From contig OZ241833.1 in assembly GCA_965202585.1 (NCBI GenBank), positions 28,458,001 to 28,522,000 of the forward strand: a stretch of DNA of 64,000 nucleotides, read 5' to 3'. A program made the translations under genes and the position numbers. The notes under the pieces are model-generated. The model saw nothing but the letters and a program-made list of their open reading frames with translations, was not told the DNA's origin and ran no database searches. Shown here in pieces: positions 38,010 to 49,900 of this stretch; the first letter of the stretch is position 1, and the number at the start of each line of letters is the position of its first letter. This DNA comes from Thalia democratica (taxonomy: Eukaryota).

Positions 38010-38741
38010 TAGGAACGGGTAAAAATTGCACAAAAACAAATTTGTACGAAGATAGTTTTGCACCAAGAAAAATTTGCACGAGGTGACAAAGTTGCACGAA
38101 AACAGTTGTTAAAAGGATAAGTTTTGCACGAATAACAATTTCACACAGAGGGCCATTTTTGCACGAGATTAAAAAATAATAAGAAAAATAGTAAAAACAA
38201 AAAAAGAAAAAAAAAACTAAAAGATAATTAAATAAAAAATGAAAAAAAGAAGTTACAGACTGAGGGTAAGGGTTATGGGTAAAAGTGATAGTAGGAATTA
38301 AAAAATATATAATAAAAAACTATTAACAAAAAAAAAAAATTAAAAAGTATATAAAATTAAATCAATTAAATTAAAAAAAATCTACCGACCGAGGATAGGC
38401 TTAAGGGTAACAGTGATAGTAAAAAAAAAAACATGAAATAAAAAAAAGTAAGAATAATTAATAACGAAAAAATGTTAAGTTCCTGATTGAGCGTAAGGAT
38501 TAGGTTAGGGGTAACAGTGGTAGTTAAATAAATAAAATAAATGAAAAAAACTAAATTAAAGTAAATATTAAAATTGATAAAACAATTAAAAAAAAATCCA
38601 AAAAAAAATTCAACCCGTGCGAAAATGTCTCCGTGCAAAACTGTTATTTGTTATTTCAAAAATATCCCCTCGTGCAAAAGTGTCTTCGTGCAATTTAGTC
38701 TTCTCGTGCAATTTCGTCCGCTCGTGCAAGTTTGACACCTA
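38010..38741. mobile_element. Foldback-like element with opposed TTGCACGA / CGTGCAA arrays and internal GGGTAAGGGTTAGGG-like units
   Basis: TTGCAC units at 38026-38167 and inverted GTGCAA units at 38617-38730. Three internal units of about 120 bp end in GGGTAA(C/A)AGTG(A/G)TAGT. Related fragments at about 6360-6410, 10700-10750, 13765-14060, 17701-17961 and 36770-36870. Superfamily not determined. Confidence 0.6.
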
Positions 38742-39608
38742 AGCACAAAAATACTCCATTACTTAACACAAAATTGTGCAACCTCTCTTTAAAAAGTCTA
38801 AAACGCCTGAAGTAAACAAATTTAAAGTTTGAAAAATAAATGTCTATGTTTTATGAAAACTTCTATGATAGTTTTGAACCAATATAGTATATGTATTCAG
38901 ATTCTAGTTTTAAATATAAATACTTTGCATTACAATATAATTAAAAGTAGTATGAATACTAAAAAAAAACTTTTCAGACCGCATTTTTTTTGTCTATTGA
39001 AGGACAAATAAAAGCGCTCACAATAACCGGCTCTAGAACTGGTGTGTCAAATATTTTTTAATTATCAAGTCGTACACCACTTGCATACTTAGACTTGTTA
39101 ATTACTTAAAGGTTATTACATAAATAAAGGAAAATTGCTTAAAAATTATTAAAGAAACTTGTTATTTTAAGCATGTATATTTTCTATAGTTTATCATCTT
39201 TTAATTAAACTTTTTCTTATTTTCATACTAGCAAAAAAAATTAAATAAAACATTTCAATGCCTACAGAAAAAATAGTCAGTTTATTTTCACAAACATAAG
39301 CTTTAAAAATCTTGTGCTAAATAACTTTTATATTTTAAATTTCATGTTGTTTTACAAAATTTAAAGTTTTCCAAACATCCCTTTATCGTATAAATGTAAA
39401 ATACTATTTAAATACAACTTTTTTGGTAGTTATAACTACGAACACACAAGGGGTTTTCCAATAAAAAAACATTAAAAAAACAAATGTAAATATTACTACT
39501 AACACAGAAAATATTAACAATTTAATTGCTGCAGCTCTAAATTATTCAATTCTAACACTATAATTACACAAACTAAAATTACACATTAGCTTAAAGGTTT
39601 GAAAGTAA
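38480..39608 (-). repeat. Inverted duplication, right copy (partner 15954-17961), carrying the empty MITE site
   Basis: Reverse complement reads TTTAAA-TA-GTATTTTAC at the point where the left copy has TA-[MITE]-TA. Confidence 0.92.
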
Positions 39609-40104
39609 AAATATTTTCATTTTATTTACAAAAAATGAGTTTGCATTATGGATATATTTTTTAAATCCTCCTTTAAAGTATGGAACTTTGTGCTAAGTAA
39701 TAAACTCTAAGTTTGAATTCCTTATTTGTATTTTTAAATTTAGAATTGAATAATACTGAATTTCTCTTATTTTATGTAATCTAATTTTTACAAAAAAAAA
39801 AAAAGGAAATTTGGGTTGCTACACACAACCTTCCTTTAGAACCTTTTATAATGATTTAACTTGTCACAGTTTAAATTTATTATTTTAAACCTTACAACTT
39901 GTAGTTACAAGCATTGTTACTACAGTTTATAAACTTTGATAAATTATTTTTAAAATGTTTTGTACAACATGTTTCCCCTAAACGTTTACGTGACGCCCCT
40001 TAAGGCCGTTCTGCTATAAAAATCAAAATTTAGGTTAAAGAGGTTTATGCTAAGCTAACTGCTATTGTGGAAAATAGCTCATTTTTTAACAAATTTTCCG
40101 CGTT

Positions 40105-40569
40105 TCAGCTACATTTGGCTTCTATGCACAGCACAACACGGTAAACTTTTATTTTTCTACGTTTTTGCTCTACTGCGCATCTCGCAAGCCGTATGTCCTT
40201 CTGCATGCTGTTCACCCTCTTGGCATGGGTTGCGTACAAGTTGGCGTCCTCGAACATGGAAACCAGGTAAGCTTCGGCTGCCGTCTGCAACGCTTTAATC
40301 GTGGCAGTCTTGAATCTCTGAACGGTCTTGAAGTCCTGGGCTATTTTCTTGACGAGGCGCTGGAAGGGTATTTTTCTGATCAGCAAGTCGGTGGACTTCT
40401 AGTATTTGCGGATCTCTCGGAGGGCCACGGTTCCGGGCGGTAACGGTGAGGTTTTTTCATGCCTTGCTAAATTTTCGCAGGGCACTTGTAAGCATTGGCA
40501 GCGTTTCTTTTGGCACGAACTTTTCTTCCAGTTGATTTTTGATAAACGGTTTTTTTTTATAATGGCCAT
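40105..40569 (-). pseudogene. H3: Disabled paralog of the divergent H3 variant
   Basis: Same TTTCAG/TTTGAAATGGCC start context as 23424. Extra A in the A-run near 40555, one C missing near 40436, TAG at Q55 (40399-40401). The downstream fold [19 protein letters not shown]...[19 protein letters not shown] is open to TGA at 40105. Confidence 0.88.
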
Positions 40570-43500
40570 TTCAAACTGAAAAAATACTTTAATTATGTCT
40601 TGATCAATAAAAAGTTACTAACAAAATGTACTATAGTAAATGATAGTTGGCTAAATTTACACTAGTAAATGTAAAGATCAATTTATTTATCAACCTAAAA
40701 TACTTATGACTTTTGAGTATTTAAGAGAACACTTAATTGAAAAGTTTAATTTGCATATATTATCTGATCTAAAACTTATTCTTTCACAACTATTTTCTCC
40801 GTTGTTCTAAAGAAAGTTGATTTATTTAAATATAAGTTTTAAAAAAATTAAAAACTGTACAATTTTGTTATAGAAAAAAAGTAAATATTTAGTGCTGTTA
40901 AATATTACATTTAATCACTCAAGGATACTAACTTAAAAATATGATTAAATTTTAATCTCAAAGCGCAAAATTGTATGTTGCTATTTTTTCAAAGTTTTAT
41001 AAAAAACTAAAATAAGATTGTCTTCAGACTAGAATATTTTTAAGGCAAAAAAAAATATATATAAATTACTAATATACAACAAGAATTTAAATATCCTACC
41101 TTTTACTAACTTCAATAGTCCTATTACCACTTTGAATATTACTGATAAACTTTTGCTAACTTATTTTTCAAAAAGTTTTATATAAGGGGATTTGAATTCC
41201 GCCGATTTTCTAGGATTCTAATAAAAAGGTTTTAGTTATAATATTACAGCTGTCCAGCAATAAAATTGAATTTAGAACAAATTTTCAGCGTTTAAGCTAC
41301 ATTTGGCTTTTGTGTACTCCACTGCGCGCAATTTTTTAAGCACGAAAATTTTCTTTATTGGCAACGGTATTCAGCTTAAAAATGAAAAAGGCGGTGGATA
41401 CCTGGGCCGATTCGCAGCAGGAAAATATTTTTGATGTTAGTTTATTTCGATATAATTTATTGCGTGACGGCAACGACGGCTGTGTCGCGTTTTTTAAAAT
41501 GTTGTTCTTGATAGAAATTAGCGAAACTTGTTTGCTTATTCTTATTTAGTTCTTAAAAATGTATTTTATCAGCTTTAAAAGTAAGAAAAGTTTGTCTTAT
41601 TAAAATTCAATAATTTGGTAGATTAAAAAAAGCTTAAAAAGTAGTTATTTTAACAGTTTTAAGAAAATTTAAAAAATCAATTTTTTATGAAGTTTTTCTA
41701 CATATTTTCTTATAAAAAATTCGACTAGTATTTTCTTGACATTTAACGCTAAATTTATAAATATTTAATCATGACGTGTTACTGTTTTTTAAAAACTTTG
41801 AGTTTTTAATTTTATTATTATCTTAAAGTTACAACAAAGTTGGTGATTAATTATAAGTACTTATGTTATTAAGTTTTTTTAGATCGTTGTTATATATTTT
41901 AGAAAACATGAAGTTAAGGAAATAAAATCTAAAACTAGAATAAATTTCCAAAACTTAATTTTATAATTATGATTTTGTAAAGAAAGTAAAGCGATATGCT
42001 AGCGAAAGTTCATTTATGTTGTGAATAGGTACACTCAAATATACTGTCCCCAAAACGAACAACATCAATAATATTAGTTTCAGCCATGCATGACTGAGCA
42101 AATAACAAACTAAACAGCAACAGTATTATGTATTCATAAGTTGTTAGGTCAAAAGAAAAAAGTTTTGATTTGGTGGAGCTTCACTCTCTAAGATTGATAA
42201 ACTTTGTTAATGCTGCCTTCATTGAATGGTATAAAGGTTTTATAAAGCTTTACTTAAAGTTATGTTTTTAGGATTAAAATATCCACCATTGTCTTTTGAA
42301 GCAATAAGTATTTGATTGATAAAAATGAGTTTAGTAATATTTAGTTTATGTAGTTTCTAAATTTAATTATATAGACAAATCTGTGAGTAACTTACTTGTT
42401 TTTTTTTTATAACAAAAATTAGTTTTTGTTTGAAAAATATTTTATAAGTATTCTACTGCAAAATTAGATGTGTGATTCAGATAATATTATTTATCTTGAC
42501 TATTAAAAAATCAAAAATTAATATTAATTAATAAAATAAATAATATTTCATTATAAATGTCTTTTTATTTTTTATAAGTAGCTTGTATAACTTACAGTTC
42601 ATAACATTGTATGTAATTTAATTCCCTTATTTGTATTTAACGTTTAATTATCCATTAATTTTGATAGCTTTGTCTGATTTTACTTGTTCTAACTGCATTT
42701 GACAAACGTGAAATTATTTTTGCAGTCTTATAAGATCTATGTAAAGCTTTAAATTGTGTGGACAGAGAAATGTTGCTTACATATTTATGGTAGGAGAGAA
42801 GTATATATTTATTCTTTAATTCACAACTAGTTGATAGATAACAGTTTGTTATTTTTTAAAGTATAAATTAGGATTTCTAAACTAATTTTTATAAAAGCCA
42901 AAAAAAAAATTGCCCCCTTCTTATTATATATTGCTCCTTTACTAGTTATTTATCTATCAACTTTTTGCCCTTCACTATTTATAGACCCCTTATAACTAAC
43001 TACCCGTCAGGAGCAATCCAATTTTGGAAAACTGAGTATAAATAAACTTGTTAAAATGTTGTTGTAGATGTGCCACACAGATTATTTTTACTACTTTTTT
43101 AAGCTTAAATAATAGGTTTAGGTAGCAAGTAAAAAGTGGGTAGAAGATGATTATGTGGTCTGTGTTGTCTCTGTTTTTTTTTATTAGGTATGTCATATTA
43201 TTAAAAGTGGATCATAATGGTTAAAATGTAACATTTATTAAAAAAGGCTAAAACAAGCATTAAATGAAATACAAAAATGCTAAAAATAATTCTGCACATT
43301 GAAAAATATTAACAATAAGCACTAATCAAAACATAAACTAAATCGTTATTGTTTTTAACAATTGTTAGATTTTTTAAGTTTTGATAACAAAACCCATTTA
43401 AGTTTTAGCAATTTAAAATGAAATAGTTCACAAGCTACCCTTTAGAAAAGCTAAAATGTCTGTGATACAGAAAACGTTACTCCTTTCTTGGATACAAACT

Positions 43501-43911
43501 TCTGTCTATCATTTTTACAACTATTTTTTTTTTTACCGAAACACTTATCTTATACTGATTTTTATAAAAAACTAGATATAACAACATTGATGTACTACTT
43601 ATAAGTATTTTTTTTTTAATTAAGCTCAGACTGACCAAGACTAGTTAACAGTTATTTAAACTTGCTTTTGGTCATTATGAATATGCTTTTTATGCCTGGA
43701 TGAGTGGCAATTGTTTATAAATAAAGAGTAGAGGTTTGTACGGTCAATAATTTAGTGAAAATAATTTTTTGTGTTTGTAGTAACCATTATATATATATAT
43801 ATATATAGTGTTTAAAGATGTTGTGAATAATTAATAAATGACAACTAAGCTTTTTTAAATCTAAAACCTTCTTTAGATCATTAAATAAATACATTTCAAA
43901 TAACAATACAA

Positions 43912-46900
43912 ATGGACAATAAAAAAGATAATGAAGAAAAAGTTAAATTTCTCTATAATAATTTAGAGGAATCTGATAATGAACTTATAAGTCAACAAGC
44001 TTTTTCAAAATCATGTCCTCAACTAAATGTAAGTAGTTTTATAGCAAATTAAGTATACAAAATGCTTAATTGATAAATTATTTTAACAACTTTATGATGG
44101 TATCTAAATTTTTCAAAAAGTATAACAAAACACTTTTAATTTTTTAAATTTATTTGAGTCTATTTTTCAAATCAGGCTTATTGAAAATTCTATCTTACTA
44201 GATTAGACTGAGTTAAAGTTATAAAGTATTTATAAAGTTAAGGTTGAAGAACACTAAGTGTCGTAAAAATCAAGTGTAGGCTTAAAAGTTAACTAGATGC
44301 AAATACTAAACAACTTTGCTATACTATGAACCTTGTTAGCTTAAAATCAAACTAAAATAAACTAGGAATAGAAACTTACAACAATGATAAATTACACTGT
44401 TTGAAATACTTAAGGAACCAATTACTTTAAAGTTACTTAAAAAATAAAGACTTGATGTACAAACTTTGTCTGCTTACATAAACTGGACCTTAAAATGCAT
44501 AAGGGTTCCAAAATATGTAGCTGAAAAGAGTTCTTTGCTCTCATAAAAGTACTTACTTGAAAGTACTCAAAAAAATTTAAATATGAATGTTTTGTTATAC
44601 TTGATAGTTTTTTCATAAGTAAAAAAATTAAAAGTTAATTTTACTAGGTTAAACATAAGTCATTGCTAGGTTAATTAGTTCTTGTACATGTAATATTTTA
44701 ACTTTTGATAAGTTCTTAATTGTTTTAGCATTTGAAAATGCACAACATATCTGCTAGCTTTTTATCATAACTGCTAGCTTATTTATGTATATTAAAGAAA
44801 TTTATTAAATTATCATTTAAAAGTACTAAACAATTTTGTTTCTAAATTTTGATCATAGAATTTTAGACTAAATTTCTGAAAGCTAAGACATAGATAACAT
44901 AGACATTTTGAAAAACATTATCTTATGTGTATAAAGTGCATATACAAAAAGTCTTGATTTTTTTTTTTTGTACAATAGTTACAAACTTATGAATATAAGT
45001 ATAAATTTTCATCAAGTTTTAGCTTTGACAACTACAAAAAAAAATCACGTTTAAATATTTTTTCTTCAAGATTTTTTTTAATTTCTTTTGTTATTTAAAG
45101 TAATCAAGTGAGTATAATAACAAAATCACAAAGTAAATCTCAATAAACTTAAATAAATGTACCCTGCAAATAAGCTTCATTGTTAATTTTAATGAAGTAA
45201 TCAATTTAATTGTTTTCAATCAAATCAAAAACTACTACCCACTTGTATGAATTTTTTACAACTAATGTTTTTAACAATAAACAGCTCTGGAAAAAAAAAT
45301 TAGCACATAAATATACTTTAAAGGTTTGTGGGAAGCGTAGTACCAGTAAAAACAACACAAGTGAAGAAAGCTCTTGTGATGAGGACAATGAAAAAAATCC
45401 TTTTATCGTGAAAAGTAATGCGACTTTTTTGTTGTAATAATAGTTTTTTGTGTGTATTTTAAAATTATGTATATGAAGGTAAAAATTAGAACAATAAAAG
45501 TAAAAATTTGAATAAAGACCATAGGGGGAAACAACTTTTTTTTTAAATTGTAATTTTTCTTAAAAACTAAATTACCAGCTGTTTTTACCGCTTAAATTGA
45601 CTTTTGAGATATAAGCAATCAAAGATAGAGAGTTAAATATGTTTTTTTTATTGGAGGCTTTAACTAAAAAGGCAAAAAAAGACTGTTTTACTAAAAATGT
45701 ATGTCCTCTTTTAATTTTTCTGCAATTGTTTTAAAACCTTCTTAGTCTTGTCTTTAAAAATAACTAAAAACTTAGAGAAAACATATTTTTAAAATTTTTC
45801 TCAAATGTTTTTTGAATAAAAAATAAACAAAAAGTTAAATTTTTTAAATAATGTTGATCATAATTTTTTTTTGCTCCCTGCAACTTGTTTAGAACATCAA
45901 AAATAATGTTTGAAGTTAATTGCATCAAATGTGAAGGAGGAGATAGATTTTTAGTGAGTTTTTAAAATTCCAAGAATATCTATCTTATTTTTTTTTCTCA
46001 TCTTTGGTTTTGGGTTTTTTTTCACATAAGTTATCTTTAAAGTTAATTGATTTTGTTGAACTATGGAAAGTATCTTCTAATTTATACTTTAAGCTTATAA
46101 ATAACAGCTAATGAAAAACAATATAGTCTGGTGTATTTTTATAGTTTAGGCCATTGGTTGCCAAAGTGTGCACCTTTGCATATAGTTTTTTTACTATGTA
46201 CAGAAAAATTAATAAGCTGAATAGTGTTTTATAGATAGCGCTTTTTAATCTACTTCTTTGGTAAAAACATAATTATAACAATAAAGTTATGTTATACTTT
46301 GGCACCCTAAACATAAAAGAATATTATTCCTAAATAATAATTGCTTATTTTTTTAAATGTTGTAACATACTTAAAATGATTCTAGGTAAAAAGTTTAAGA
46401 GTTCAATAAACAAGTATGTTGACAATTCAGTCCAAAATGCTAAAAACAAAGTGAACAACACCCTCGAAAAAGTAGACAAGATTGCTCATAAAGTTTGGGA
46501 TGGCAGGTTTACATAAGTTATATTAAGAAATAAGTGTACAATTTGTAATTAGCAATTTTGGTTTTCTATCTTTGTTTTTTAAACACAAAACAACATATAA
46601 TTTCCCTTTGTCTTTATGTTTTTACAGAAGTAATACTCATCAATTCGAAAATATAAACTCTGTGGAATAAGTTAAAAACTTAGATAACAATTAAAACACT
46701 TTCAAGATGGAGGGTGGTTTCGTTTTTCCAGTTGAAGGAGTGGCAGAAGGACAACGAGTACCTCCTCCACTGGCACCGACCCGAGATGCCCAGCTTCAGG
46801 GCTTGCTTCGGCTCCATATTCAGAATTCACACTGAGACTGGAAACATTTGGACTCACTTGATCGGTTGGTTTAACTTTGTTAAGCACTTTATAAAGTTTT

Positions 46901-49900
46901 GTAAAATTATATACCAAAAATAGTTTAATATTGATTGTTTTGCTTGTTTAAAGTAAAGTATAACGTTTAAGCTATTTGCTTTTTTTTTAAAAGTTACTTG
47001 AAATTCAGTGTTTTAAATATTTTCCCTAGTCACTATGTATTACTTAAAATTTGTATACAATTAATATTATAGTAAAATTGATAACACTGTTATTATATTA
47101 ATTGATATAATGAGTAATTAAACTTGAAAGAACAAAACACATAAAGTTTATATTCTTTCTTAGTAAAGGTATATACAAGCAGGGTTGCTAAAAAACTTGA
47201 AATCCTGGAAAAACCTAAAATTTGACATTTAAAGCAAAAAAAACTTAAAAAAACCTGGAATTCAAGAAATTAAAAACAAATTCTGGAATTTTGTGCAATT
47301 TTTTCATGTAAAGTAATGTAATTTCGATTAAATACTAAAGTGTATTATATAATTTTATTGTATATCATTAAAAGTTATGTTTATTACAAAACGTATTTTA
47401 AGTAGCTTAATAGTATCTTTTAAATGTTATTATTTTATTCAAGACGGTTTTTTACCTTATGATTAATTTTATAAAAGTAGACCAAAAAACTTGTTCTTTT
47501 AAAAACCTAGGAGAAATTCTGAAAAACTGGAGAAAATCTACGAAACAATCTTTGGCAACCCTGTTAAATTAAGAAAATTAAATATTTATGTATTTCTTAA
47601 TTAGATTTTGTAGAAACATTATTTTAAAGAAATACTTGAAAAAATCTTACTATATATGTTTATATTTAGTAAATATCTTTATTTAAGCTGCAGTAATTAA
47701 CTTGTTTTAAAACATAGTATATGCTTGTGCAAGCTGATTTAAAAAAATTGTGTATAGTTTTAGATATATCTTTTAAGTTTTATACACTAAATTTATGATA
47801 CTTTAAAATCTGTTTATTGTACATAATAAAAGTAAAAACAACATTGCATAAAATCTTATTGTCAAAATAACTAAAACTATTATTTACTAAAGGTTTTAAA
47901 CTCAGTTGAAAAAGACTAAAAGAGCTAAACTATATGTATTGAATAAGTAAGTTGTTTATCTGTGACCCCTTAAATTATTTTTTAAGAACTTAAATTGTTG
48001 GAGTTTGAGTTGTTCAAATTTGAACAGTCATTTGACCGATCTAAAATTCATAAAAAACCAACTAATAATCATCTTAACTAACAAAAGTATTCTTTTCAAA
48101 CGTTTTTAAACAATTTCAAAACATAACTAAGAAATATGATAATTTAAAACTGTGTTACATCTACCTATCTTAACTTATTACTTAACTATCTAAAATATTA
48201 GCACTTTTAAAAACACAGTGATACAGTTTTCAAGTGATACCTAAAAGAATGTCAAAAATCTAAATATTGTTTTTCTAATACAAGGTTTCCCAAACTTTTT
48301 TTTAAAAAGTCCCTCTTTAAAGAAATTATAAAAGCAATGGCCTCCTTAAACATAATTTCTCAAAAAACTACCGTTTAAACAGCCTAAGACCTTTTTTTTT
48401 GCTCTTCATCATCCACTCCAGAATATCTAGTGTAATTTTTTTATTATTACCTCATTGCCCCCAAGGCGGCCACTTGGCCCAGTTTGGGAAACCCAGTTTT
48501 AAAACTTTATAATCATTTTTTGTCATCTTATTTTTGTCCAAAAAGTCGTTCATATTTCGACCTGCTGACTCCAGCAATTTATAAATAACTCAACTTTGTT
48601 TCCAATAATTAATTCTGTATTTATTCCTTCAACAGTTTATTTTACAAACTAAGTTGCGGTCAAAGACCTCGTCAGTGCTTAAATAAATCGTATTTAAATA
48701 GAATTTGTTTTCTTGAAATCAAAACATATAATAAGTAACTTTGTCATAATTAACGCAAAAACAGTTATCACACACTAACCCCATAACTCATCTTCCCAGG
48801 TGTGCTGCTCTTCCTCGGCATGTGCATCAAGTTCCTGTGCCTGCCCGCCACCTACTTCATATCGTCCATGCAGGAGAAGATCGTCTTCTTCCTCTTTTTC
48901 CTCGGAGCGCTCATGTGCCTCTCCTTCTCCACCATCTTCCACACCATGAGCTGCCACTCGGAGCGCGTGCTGAAAATATTCGGGAAGTGAGTTGCGGTTT
49001 TTTTTTCAGGTTTTCAAGTTGTAGTTGTACGAGTAGTGTAAGTGGTTCGCTTGAAAAGTTTTACATTTGTAATCAATTATAAATTATACGCGTGTTGAAA
49101 ATTTTAGAAAAGTAAGTTGGGTCGGTATGAAATTACAAAATATTTTTTAGATGTATTAGTTAAAAAGTTGTGGTTAAAGTACAAAAAGTGTCGATTTTTT
49201 TAGGCGGTGCGGAAAGATAACTAGTTTTATACGAAGAAGTATTGAGAAATAATTATTTTATTTTAGGACATAGGGGGTCCAACATTTTTACAAAAAATGA
49301 CATAAAATTTTATTTGAAAGTTTAAATATTCAGAAAATACGTTTGTTAATGATTGCAATAAAATGTTTAGACCTTACAGATCACAATTGGAATTGTGTTA
49401 GAACAAATAGTGTAAATAGTTCAGAAAGTGAATGGTGATAAAAAGTATAGACACTTGAAAAGTCTTACGCTTATATATTAACATGAACATCTTTTTCAAA
49501 AGTGTTTTATATATAATATCTAACATCTTTTATTTGTGTGTTTTTTAGAACTTTCAGTAGCTCAACCAGTATGTTTTTGTTATCACCAAGATACGTTGTC
49601 AGTTGATACTTTAGAAATAATCGTTATTTTACTCCGAAAGACTTGTATTGTTTTGATATTATGTCAAAAGCTTCATTAGTATTAAACATTTTTTGCATTA
49701 ACATACATATTTTTAGATTTTCAATAGTTTTTTGGTTTTGAAAAACATTTAGTCATTATTCCATTTTCAAACTTTTATGATTGTACAATTAATCTTTTTT
49801 TAAGATTATATCTATAGTTAAGTAACAACTTTGTTTTTAATTAGCATCATAACTCTTAAATGAAGTAAGTAGACAGTTTTTAATTATTTTAAATGTAATT

